From an uncultured Prolixibacteraceae bacterium (GTDB taxonomy: Bacteria; Bacteroidota; Bacteroidia; Bacteroidales; FEN-979), in the NCBI GenBank assembly GCA_964525995.1, contig CAZGIM010000005.1:3811-67810 (forward strand): a stretch of DNA of 64,000 nt, in the 5' to 3' direction. The notes below the pieces were generated by a model, which saw only the letters and a list, made by a program, of their open reading frames with translations, made no database searches and had not been told where the DNA came from. Positions 29,355 through 37,427 of the stretch are shown here, in pieces. Every line of letters begins with the position of its first letter. Position 1 is the stretch's first letter. Made by a program: the position numbers and the translations under genes.

Positions 29355-29909
29355 TTACTCAGGGATGTTGTAAAGCTTGCAGACCTCGTGGTAGGTCATG
29401 TTCCGCAGTTCCTGTGCACTTGGGTGTCCGGCTGTACCCGACTTCAGAGCAGGGATGGTGCCGGGAATGGCGATGAACCGGAACTTGTTACCGGAAGTCG
29501 CAGGAGGCGTCAGCATATCGCAGGTAAACTCGATGCTTCCGTACTCGTGAATCAGGAAACTCCAGTTCGCTCCGATGGCGTTGGCGGGCAGGGGACGCAT
29601 CGCCGTACCGCCGTAAACATCACCCGCAAGCCAGGCATAGGCCAGCACAACACCGTTTTCAACAATGTTCTTCGTGAGATCGGGGGCGCTGGCCGCAAAA
29701 TACCAGTCACCCGAAGCACCCGACCATTCCGCGGGCGAAAACCATTCGGAATAATAGACCGCTGCATCTTCGCCGGCCGGTCCCTGAGGTCCCTGGGGCC
29801 CCTGGGGTCCTTCCTTGGTGCATCCCGCAAAGATAAAGACTGAAACGGCGATCAAAAGAAAGAAATTTCCAATACGTGTGTTCATATTTTCTGGTTTTAA
29901 GAGGTTCAT
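29355..29909 (-). CDS. Collagen-like lipoprotein
   Basis: Lipobox IFAGC, EGPQGPQGPQGPAG (GXY repeats), then AVYYSEW globular domain. Confidence 0.75.
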   Translation of the reverse strand: MNLLKPENMNTRIGNFFLLIAVSVFIFAGCTKEGPQGPQGPQGPAGEDAAVYYSEWFSPAEWSGASGDWYFAASAPDLTKNIVENGVVLAYAWLAGDVYGGTAMRPLPANAIGANWSFLIHEYGSIEFTCDMLTPPATSGNKFRFIAIPGTIPALKSGTAGHPSAQELRNMTYHEVCKLYNIPE

Positions 29910-30277
29910 TGAACTATCAGATGATTGTTTATAAAAAAGGTTACAAATCTATAAGGAAAGTCCCTGCCTGCAATCATATTGCCGGTGTTCGAAATGGTTT
30001 GTCACTTTCCCGGTTAAAAAAAGTGACACTTTTCCAAAGAAAAAAATACCCTGCCATTGCGGTTTCGGCGCAGGGTATCCGGTTCGTGAGGAATATTTTG
30101 CATTTTTTGCCTGGTTCACCTGATTCCCTTGCGACAATTGCATTTTTTGCCTGATCGGGATCATCCCCGTTCAAAATTTGAATTTTATGCAACAAATTTC
30201 TGAATTGGAATACAAATCAATTGTGATGGATCTGACGGTCACGCTATATTCGCATGGTTAACCATAAAACCAACACC

Positions 30278-30850
30278 ATGAAACCGACAAAAACAGGTAC
30301 CGTAACATTCCGGAAAATCGCCATTGTCTTTTCATTGGCGGTTCTTTGCTCGCTGCAGGGGTGTATGTATTATTATAAAGTGAAAGCTGTCAGCCCGGTC
30401 GGGCAACCAGAGGTAAAAACCTTTACCACTGTTGACAAATACCTCATCCTGCATCAAAGAGAGAAGGCATGGCATCTTTCACAACCATTGATCTCGGGAA
30501 CAACACTCTATGGAAAACTGACGGCATTGCCCGAAAACCGTTATAAGTTCCAGACTACAAAGCCGAAAGGCGGGAACAGGTACATTAAAAAGAGTGAATC
30601 TTATATTCTTGAAGAGGTGCACCTGTATGTTTCAGATTCGCTGGTTTCACAAAAACCTGATACCGGGAGCTTTCAGATCGCTTTTTCGCAGATTCAACAT
30701 GCCGAAGTGTATGTAAAGGCCCGGGGACAGTCCACCGCATCATGGCTCATTCTGGGAATCGGCGGACCGGTATTGGCTGGTTGCGCCGTTGCTGCAATTA
30801 TAGCATCTTCAATAAGTAATTTGGCTATCAATGTCAATCTTTCACATTAG
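30278..30850 (+). CDS. Hypothetical lipoprotein with C-terminal hydrophobic tail
   Basis: Lipobox SLQGC and C-terminal LILGIGGPVLAGCAVAAIIA. A decayed paralog lies at 48638-48899. Confidence 0.7.
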   Translation: MKPTKTGTVTFRKIAIVFSLAVLCSLQGCMYYYKVKAVSPVGQPEVKTFTTVDKYLILHQREKAWHLSQPLISGTTLYGKLTALPENRYKFQTTKPKGGNRYIKKSESYILEEVHLYVSDSLVSQKPDTGSFQIAFSQIQHAEVYVKARGQSTASWLILGIGGPVLAGCAVAAIIASSISNLAINVNLSH

Positions 30851-30970
30851 ACAGGAAACGGGTTATACATCAACGGGGCGGCAGCCAGCCGTTACTGTCC
30901 CGGTCAGGCAATAGCATGGTATGGGTTGAAGGAACAAGATTGAATTATCAAAATCAGGGAAATTGTGCAA

Positions 30971-31002
30971 TCGTAAATCGTAAATCATGTTCAATCGTAA
31001 AT
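30971..31002. repeat. Stand-alone copy of the 32-bp MITE arm (CGTAAAT heptamer unit)
   Basis: tcgtaaatcgtaaatcatgttcaatcgtaaat is identical to 8273-8304, with no TIRs around it. Confidence 0.8.
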
Positions 31003-31020
31003 GTTAAACCGTCTCTGAGG

Positions 31021-32370
31021 CTATATGAATACGATGAAGCGTGTTGCCTCAACAGAGGATTCTGCATGAATAGATCCCCTGTGAAGCCGCAGGATCTGTC
31101 GCGAGAGGCTCAACCCGATGCCGGATCCGCTTTCTTTAGTTGTAAAGAAAGGAATGAAGATCTTATCGATTACCTCTGCCGGGATCATAGGACCATTGTT
31201 GGCAATGACTATTTTCGTGTAATTTGGTCTAACAGGGTCAGCCGTGATCCGTATCTTCCGTTTGCCGGGGATCTCCGAAAGCGCTTCCATGGCATTGTTC
31301 AGGATATTGATCATGACCTGCGTCAGCATTTTCTTGTCCCCGTTCAGCTCCGTTGCTTTATCGTCAATCCTTGTCTCGAGTGTTATCTGCAATTGTTCCA
31401 TCTGTTCATGAAGCAATAATCCGATCTGATCAAGCCAATCGCGCAACCTGAATGTTTCAGGCTCCGGTTGCGGGATCCGGGTCAGTTTCCGGTAATTGTT
31501 CACGAAGTTGACAAGCCCGCTGCCGCGTTCACCAATGGTTTCAAGACCCTCTATCACGTTTTCTATGACTTCATCATTAATCCTGCCGGGCGGAACCGGT
31601 TTGCCTTTATCGATGAAAAATTTCTGCAGAGTGCCGGTCAACGACACGATGGGTGCAATGCTGTTCATGATCTCATGGGTGAGCACCCTGATCAGTTTTT
31701 GCCAGGAATCCAGTTCTTTCTCATCGAGTTCGTTTCGGATATCCTGTAGAGAAATCAGCCTCGAGACTTTGTCGCCGTAACGGATCTCCTTGCTCCTGAT
31801 CAGCAGGTTGATCTGCGAATCGCCGGTAAACTGCTTGTAGGTGCTCGATTCACCCGGTTTACAGTCCATCAGGAAATTATAGAGATCAGGATTCCGGAGC
31901 GGCACCAGGTGCAGGGGGGTAAATGGAAGGATGTCGGCATATTCGAAGGCTTTGTCGTTCATGATCTCCACTTCATTATCCTGGTTGATGGCCATAAGTC
32001 CCGTACCGGCATGCTGAATAAATGACTGGTAGTATTTTTCAAGGTACTCATTCTGAAGTTTGATTTCGTTGATCCGCTCGTTCAGGTTATTCAGGCTCTG
32101 GTAAAGATGACGAAGCGACTTCTGCCTGATGGAAGTCGGGAACTTCAACGAGGAATCTTCATTTCTGATGGCCTCAAAAAAGAAGGCGATCTGGCGGTTC
32201 GACTGGTTGAAATGATGAATGATGGTAAAGGTTGCCAGGGGTACAGGTATTACAAACAGTAAATACCATGGATTCATGTGGAACGCAGTCAAATACCCGG
32301 CGGCCAGGGATGAAAGGGCGACGATCAACACAATGGCGACGGTAGTCAGTGTTATTCTTTTATAGCCCAT
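31021..32370 (-). CDS. Sensor histidine kinase (NtrY-like, PAS + HATPase)
   Basis: Two N-terminal TMs, H-box LTHEIMNSIAPI, N-box NILNNAMEA, IFIPFFTTK and GSGIGLSL. Confidence 0.92.
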   Translation of the reverse strand: MGYKRITLTTVAIVLIVALSSLAAGYLTAFHMNPWYLLFVIPVPLATFTIIHHFNQSNRQIAFFFEAIRNEDSSLKFPTSIRQKSLRHLYQSLNNLNERINEIKLQNEYLEKYYQSFIQHAGTGLMAINQDNEVEIMNDKAFEYADILPFTPLHLVPLRNPDLYNFLMDCKPGESSTYKQFTGDSQINLLIRSKEIRYGDKVSRLISLQDIRNELDEKELDSWQKLIRVLTHEIMNSIAPIVSLTGTLQKFFIDKGKPVPPGRINDEVIENVIEGLETIGERGSGLVNFVNNYRKLTRIPQPEPETFRLRDWLDQIGLLLHEQMEQLQITLETRIDDKATELNGDKKMLTQVMINILNNAMEALSEIPGKRKIRITADPVRPNYTKIVIANNGPMIPAEVIDKIFIPFFTTKESGSGIGLSLSRQILRLHRGSIHAESSVEATRFIVFI

Positions 32371-33733
32371 ACTTTTTCATTTTTTTGTATAACGTGGTAC
32401 GCGATATTCCAAGATTTTTGGCGGTAAAGCTCAGACTTTGGCTTTGCTTCTTCAGTTCCTTCACGATCATCTGTTTCTCCATTTGTTCCAACGTCATGGT
32501 TTCGTCGGTTTGAAGCTGGTAGGATTGATTCAGGTATAGGTCAGCGGGCGAAAGGCAATCGCGGTCGCACAGGATCACCGCCTTTTCAATGGTGTGTTGC
32601 AGTTCTCTGATGTTTCCGGGCCAGGGATATTTCATCATTAGGTCGATGGTGCGGTCCTGGAGTCTTTTACAGTCTTTCTTGTACTTAACACTGTATTTGC
32701 CGATAAAAAAATAGGCCAGCGTTACAATGTCCTCCTTTCGTTCCCGCAACGGAGGGATCTCGATCTGTATGGTATTGATCCGGTAAAGCAAATCCTGCCT
32801 GAACGTCTGATCACGGATCATCTGAAGCAGGTTTTTATTGGTCATACTGATCAGCCTGATGTCGACAGGATATTCTTTATTCGACCCGACTGGTATCACG
32901 ACCCTGTTCTGCAATACATTCAGCAGTTTCGACTGAAGCTGCAGCGGCAGGTTCCCGATTTCATCAAGTAAAAGGGTCCCCTTCTGGGCCAGCATGATCT
33001 TACCGGTGCGGTCTTCATGGGCATCGGTAAACGAGCCCCGGGTGTGTCCGAACATCTCACTTTCAAACAGCGATTCTGACATGGATCCCAGGTCAACCGT
33101 GACCAGCAACTCATTGCGCCGCTCCGACAGACGATGAATTTCCTTGGCGATCAGTTCTTTACCGGTGCCGTTTTCACCGGTGATCATGATGTTGGCATCG
33201 GTCGCGGCTACTCTTTTTACAAGATCCATAATTTGACTCATGATGGGGGAATCACCAATGATCATCCGGTCATCCCTGTTCATCTCCGCCTTAAGATCTT
33301 GTTCCCTTTTTATCAGATTTCCGACTTGCAGCTTTGATTTCCTCAGGTTTAAGGCGGCCTTCAGAGTAGCAAGAAGTTTTTCATTTTCCCAGGGTTTGAG
33401 AATGAAATCAGCAGCCCCTTCATGGGTAGCCCTGACTGCGGTTTCAATGTCGCCATAGGCCGTAAACATCACTACTTCGATATCCTTCCTGAATTTCTTG
33501 ATTTCGCGCAACCAGTACATGCCTTCATTACCGGAACTTTCACCTGTCCTGAAATTCATATCCAGCAACACGACATCAATATCGCGGTTCTCCAACTCAT
33601 GGATCAAGGTGTTCGGACTGGAAAGCGTGATCACCTCGAGAAATTCAAATTTCAGGAGGATCCGCAATGCATTCAACACACTTTTGTTGTCATCAACAAT
33701 AAGCAGCCTTCCTTCTTTGGGTTTTGTTTCCAT
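32360..33733 (-). CDS. NtrC/Fis-family response regulator (REC-AAA+-HTH)
   Basis: IVDDN, LLDMN, GENGTGKE, ESEMFGH..GSFTDA, LLDEIG, WPGNIREL and LGISRTTLYKK. Confidence 0.93.
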   Translation of the reverse strand: METKPKEGRLLIVDDNKSVLNALRILLKFEFLEVITLSSPNTLIHELENRDIDVVLLDMNFRTGESSGNEGMYWLREIKKFRKDIEVVMFTAYGDIETAVRATHEGAADFILKPWENEKLLATLKAALNLRKSKLQVGNLIKREQDLKAEMNRDDRMIIGDSPIMSQIMDLVKRVAATDANIMITGENGTGKELIAKEIHRLSERRNELLVTVDLGSMSESLFESEMFGHTRGSFTDAHEDRTGKIMLAQKGTLLLDEIGNLPLQLQSKLLNVLQNRVVIPVGSNKEYPVDIRLISMTNKNLLQMIRDQTFRQDLLYRINTIQIEIPPLRERKEDIVTLAYFFIGKYSVKYKKDCKRLQDRTIDLMMKYPWPGNIRELQHTIEKAVILCDRDCLSPADLYLNQSYQLQTDETMTLEQMEKQMIVKELKKQSQSLSFTAKNLGISRTTLYKKMKKYGL

Positions 33734-33818
33734 GATACCAGGTTAAAGCTTTGACTTCGTTCCCCACCCTATTAACAGAGGTGGGGATGAAGGGAGAAGG
33801 TTATGAAACTTATACAAA

Positions 33819-33858
33819 TGTACAGAATGTAAACAAACAATTGTTCAGAAAGTTAACA
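33819..33858. promoter_or_regulatory. Tandem TGT-N11-ACA sites, candidate enhancer (UAS) for the NtrC-type regulator
   Basis: tgtacagaatgtaaaca (33819-33835) and tgttcagaaagttaaca (33842-33858), 14/17 identical with a 23-bp period. Confidence 0.6.
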
Positions 33859-33912
33859 TTTACTGTTTTTCTGAAATTCATATAATACTAATAATCAGCA
33901 TAATAACTATTC

Positions 33913-33928
33913 TGGCATGAAAATTGAA
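33913..33928 (+). promoter_or_regulatory. Sigma54-type -24/-12 promoter for the ABC/TolC operon
   Basis: TGGCATGAAAATTGAA is GG-N10-GA (GA instead of canonical GC), about 32 nt upstream of ATG 33960. Confidence 0.55.
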
Positions 33929-33959
33929 AAGTATTAAACGTAATTAAATAACTCCAACG

Positions 33960-34652
33960 ATGATTAAAACAATCAACCTCACAAAACGGTTTAAAACTGA
34001 TGAAATTGAGACCACTGCGCTGAACAATGTAAGCATGGAGGTAAAAAAAGGTGAATTCATCGCCATCATGGGTCCATCGGGTTGCGGGAAGTCAACCCTT
34101 CTCAACATTTTAGGGATGCTTGATAATCCAAGCGATGGATCGTACATTTTCAATGGCGTCGATGTCTCGAATTACAAGGAGGGCAAGCGCACCCAGTATC
34201 GCAAGGGAAACATCCAATTCGTATTTCAAAGTTTTAACCTGATCGATGAACTCAATGTGTTTGAAAATGTGGAACTTCCCCTCCTTTACCTGAAGAAATC
34301 AGCCGCCGAACGGAAACAAATGGTCGCCGAAATTCTTGAACGGATGAAGATCGGACACCGCCGAAAACACTTTCCGCAACAGCTTTCCGGAGGTCAACAG
34401 CAGCGGGTGGCCATTGCACGTGCAGTAGTTCCTCAACCACAGCTAATCCTGGCCGATGAACCTACCGGTAACCTGGATTCCAAGAATGGGATCGAGGTTA
34501 TGAACCTTTTGTCGGAACTGAATAAACAGGGTACCACGATCGTCATGGTCACCCACTCGCAACGCGATGCCGCCTTTGCACACCGGATCGTCAATTTATT
34601 CGATGGCCAGATTGTGACCGAAGAGGTAGCTAAACAACAGCACGCGCTCTGA
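33960..34652 (+). CDS. ABC transporter ATP-binding protein (MacB/LolD-like)
   Basis: GPSGCGKST, LSGGQQQRVAIARA, ILADEPTGNLD and MVTH. Confidence 0.95.
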   Translation: MIKTINLTKRFKTDEIETTALNNVSMEVKKGEFIAIMGPSGCGKSTLLNILGMLDNPSDGSYIFNGVDVSNYKEGKRTQYRKGNIQFVFQSFNLIDELNVFENVELPLLYLKKSAAERKQMVAEILERMKIGHRRKHFPQQLSGGQQQRVAIARAVVPQPQLILADEPTGNLDSKNGIEVMNLLSELNKQGTTIVMVTHSQRDAAFAHRIVNLFDGQIVTEEVAKQQHAL

Positions 34653-34654
34653 GT

Positions 34655-36004
34655 ATGGAATGGTTTCGGATCATCGTAATGGTATCTGTTTTCGTGGGCA
34701 GTTTACACCAGGTCATGGTTGCTCAAAAGAGATGGTCGCTCGACCAATGCATCAACTTCGCCTGGGATAAAAACTTTTCGGTCCATACGCAGGAATTAGG
34801 TGTCAGAATACGCAAGGCAGATTTAATGCAGGCTGGTAATGATCTGTTGCCGTCACTAAGTTTTCAGTCGTCATTCAACCAGAACTATGGCAGGAGCATC
34901 GATCCAACCACCAACACCTACATCGATGTTCAGTTTTTTAACAATGGTTATGGGGTCTCATCTTCTGTAGATATCTTCAACGGCTTCATGAAACTGAACA
35001 CCATAGAAATGCAGCGGCTGAATTATGAAGCGGAGAAGAACAGGTTGCAACAGGTTCGGAATGAGGTGGCTTTCCTTGTCATCAACAGCTATTTTGATGT
35101 TCTGCTGCAACAGGGATTGTCGGCCATAGCATGGGAGAATTATCAGCTTTCGAGCAAACAGCTCGATTACACCACGAAATTTGTTGAATTGGGCCGGAAA
35201 CCAGGCACCGACCTGCTTGAAACTGAGGCAAACCTTGCGGCCGACAGCTTTCTGCTCGTTCAGTCGTATCATTTGTTGGAACAGGCCACCCTTGCGTTGA
35301 AATACCAGATGAACTATCCCCTGAGTGACAGTTTAGTGGTGGATACGCTGGTACCGTCGATTTTTTCCGGAACCATGGACACGCTGTCGATGGATGAACT
35401 GTTTCGTGCAGCTTCCTTAGCCTTGCCCGATCTGACCTATGCAAGGAATCAGCTTCAGGCCGCCAAAAAAGCCGTACAGATCAGCAAAGGGGCCTTTTCG
35501 CCAAGTATCGGATTTTATGCCGGCTGGAATTCATTATACACGGAAACCGACCGTGATAACAGCAACCAGATCATTCCGTTCTCCGACCAGATGTCGAACA
35601 ACTCCAACGAATACCTCAGCCTTGGGATCGAGATTCCCCTGTTCTCAAGGTTCACCAAGTACACATCCTTGAGCAAATCGAAACTGAAATACCAGCAGGC
35701 CAAGATCCAGTATGAGGATGTTTCATACAAACTCCAAATTGGCGTAGAAAAATCGCTCACCGACTGGCGGTCGGCCCGGGCCGAATATGAATCCTCTCTC
35801 AGCCAGTTGGCCAAAAGCAGAAAGGCTTATGATGCCGCTGAGAAAAAGCTGGACAAGGGACTCATCAATATCATCGAATTCTACATCCAGAAAAACAAGT
35901 GGATCAAGGCTAAGACCGAAGTGTTGCGCACCGGGCTGCAGGTGTTGCTAAAAGAACTTTACATCCGGTTTCTGCTCACCGGATCCTTGCTGGGAAGCAA
36001 TTAA
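34655..36004 (+). CDS. TolC family outer membrane efflux protein
   Basis: WSLDQCI.FA..KN, LLPSLS, FSPSIG and LGIEIPLF; helical repeats typical of OEP proteins. Confidence 0.9.
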   Translation: MEWFRIIVMVSVFVGSLHQVMVAQKRWSLDQCINFAWDKNFSVHTQELGVRIRKADLMQAGNDLLPSLSFQSSFNQNYGRSIDPTTNTYIDVQFFNNGYGVSSSVDIFNGFMKLNTIEMQRLNYEAEKNRLQQVRNEVAFLVINSYFDVLLQQGLSAIAWENYQLSSKQLDYTTKFVELGRKPGTDLLETEANLAADSFLLVQSYHLLEQATLALKYQMNYPLSDSLVVDTLVPSIFSGTMDTLSMDELFRAASLALPDLTYARNQLQAAKKAVQISKGAFSPSIGFYAGWNSLYTETDRDNSNQIIPFSDQMSNNSNEYLSLGIEIPLFSRFTKYTSLSKSKLKYQQAKIQYEDVSYKLQIGVEKSLTDWRSARAEYESSLSQLAKSRKAYDAAEKKLDKGLINIIEFYIQKNKWIKAKTEVLRTGLQVLLKELYIRFLLTGSLLGSN

Positions 36005-36127
36005 CAATGGACAATGGACAATTGAAAATGGACAATTGAAAATGGAAAACGAAACTTTGTTATTGCTTACTGCCTATTGCCTATTGCCTACTGCCTGATT
36101 TGAATTTTGACTTTTGAATTTTGAACT
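36005..36127. repeat. Composite heptamer tandem arrays filling the tolC-MFP spacer
   Basis: 7x (c/a)aa(t/c)(g/t)(g/a)a at 36005-36053, 5x ta(t/c)tgc(c/t) at 36061-36095 and 4x ttga(a/c)(t/c)t at 36100-36127. Confidence 0.85.
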
Positions 36128-36130
36128 CAT

Positions 36131-37405
36131 ATGGAAACACAATCATCCCCCGGCATGGACCGGGTCATCACGGAGAAGCGGTGGATTAAAAAGAAATACT
36201 GGAAATATATTGCCGGAGGGGTAATCATCCTTGCGGTTATCCTCTTTTTTATTTTCAGGGACTGGACCCGTACCGTCAGGGTGGAGAAGGAACGGATTAC
36301 CATTGCCACTGTGCTTCATGGTGTTTTTAACGATTACATCACCAACGACGGCACAGCCGCTCCCATCTCAACGGTTTACCTTGATGCCTATGAAGGGGGA
36401 AAGGTGGAAGAGATCATTCTCGAGGAGGGCAGCATGCTGAAGAAGGGTGATGTCATTATAAGACTTAGCAACAACGACTTGAACCTGAACATTCTCAACA
36501 GCGAGGCACAGCTTGCCGAGAAGTCCAACTTTTTGCGGGAGGTCCGGATAAGAATGGAACAGGAAAAACATTCGCTCGAACGGGAGATGTTGAATGCAAA
36601 ATTCGACCTCATCGCGAAAAAGAGAACCTGGGAACAGAACAAGGAGCTTTACAAAGACGAGCTGATTTCACATGATGAATTCATCAGGTCGGAGGAGGCA
36701 TATCTGTTGGCCGATAAAACTCTTGAACTTGTGGTGCTGCGCCAGAAGCAGGACAACGAATTCAGGAACCTCCAGATTGAACAGATCACCGAAAACCTGA
36801 AAAATATGCAGATGAACCTCGCGCTGGTGAAACAACAGCAGGATTACCTGAATGTGAAATCGCCCGTCGACGGACAGCTTGGCAGCCTGATGGTGGAGAT
36901 CGGGCAATCGATCAGCCGCGGCTTCCGGATCGGGCAGATCAACATCCTGACCTCTTACAAGATCGAAGCCGACATTGACGAACACTACATCGACCGAATC
37001 AGGCCCGGGCTGACGGGCTATATCGAGCGGCCGAACGACACCCTTCAGCTTGAGATAAAAAAGGTTTATCCTGAAGTACGTAACGGGCGGTTCAAAATTG
37101 ACCTGGTGTTTACGGCCAAGCTCCCTGAAAACATCCGCATCGGTCAGTCTTACTTCATCAAACTGCAGTTGGGCCAGCCCACTGAAGCCATCCAGATCCC
37201 ACAGGGAAGCTTTTACCAGGCGACAGGGGGGCAATGGATATTCGTACTGGACAAGAGCGGCCGGTACGCCACTAAGAGAAACATCAAAATAGGACGGAAA
37301 AACCCGCAATATTATGAAGTCATGGATGGTCTCGTGCCCGGAGAGCAGGTCATCGTTTCCGATTATGCCATGTTTGGTGACAACGATAAAGTGGAATTGG
37401 AATAA
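36131..37405 (+). CDS. Efflux periplasmic adaptor subunit (MacA-like)
   Basis: N-terminal TM, GGKVEEI..EEG..LKKGD lipoyl half, coiled coil, VKSPVDG and GLVPGEQVI. Confidence 0.9.
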   Translation: METQSSPGMDRVITEKRWIKKKYWKYIAGGVIILAVILFFIFRDWTRTVRVEKERITIATVLHGVFNDYITNDGTAAPISTVYLDAYEGGKVEEIILEEGSMLKKGDVIIRLSNNDLNLNILNSEAQLAEKSNFLREVRIRMEQEKHSLEREMLNAKFDLIAKKRTWEQNKELYKDELISHDEFIRSEEAYLLADKTLELVVLRQKQDNEFRNLQIEQITENLKNMQMNLALVKQQQDYLNVKSPVDGQLGSLMVEIGQSISRGFRIGQINILTSYKIEADIDEHYIDRIRPGLTGYIERPNDTLQLEIKKVYPEVRNGRFKIDLVFTAKLPENIRIGQSYFIKLQLGQPTEAIQIPQGSFYQATGGQWIFVLDKSGRYATKRNIKIGRKNPQYYEVMDGLVPGEQVIVSDYAMFGDNDKVELE

Positions 37406-37427
37406 TCAGCCTAAATAGTGTGCAATC

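Noticed and set aside
30001-30027. gtcacttt-N11-aaagtgac inverted repeat
   Set aside because: Could be an operator, but there is one copy and no cognate regulator.
8107-31002. Repeated 32-bp unit as a CRISPR repeat
   Set aside because: Copies are dispersed or inverted, with no regular unique spacers and no cas genes.
33761-33787. tccccacc/ggtgggga hairpin
   Set aside because: Single occurrence upstream of a start codon with no U-tract, so neither a terminator nor a repeat family can be supported.
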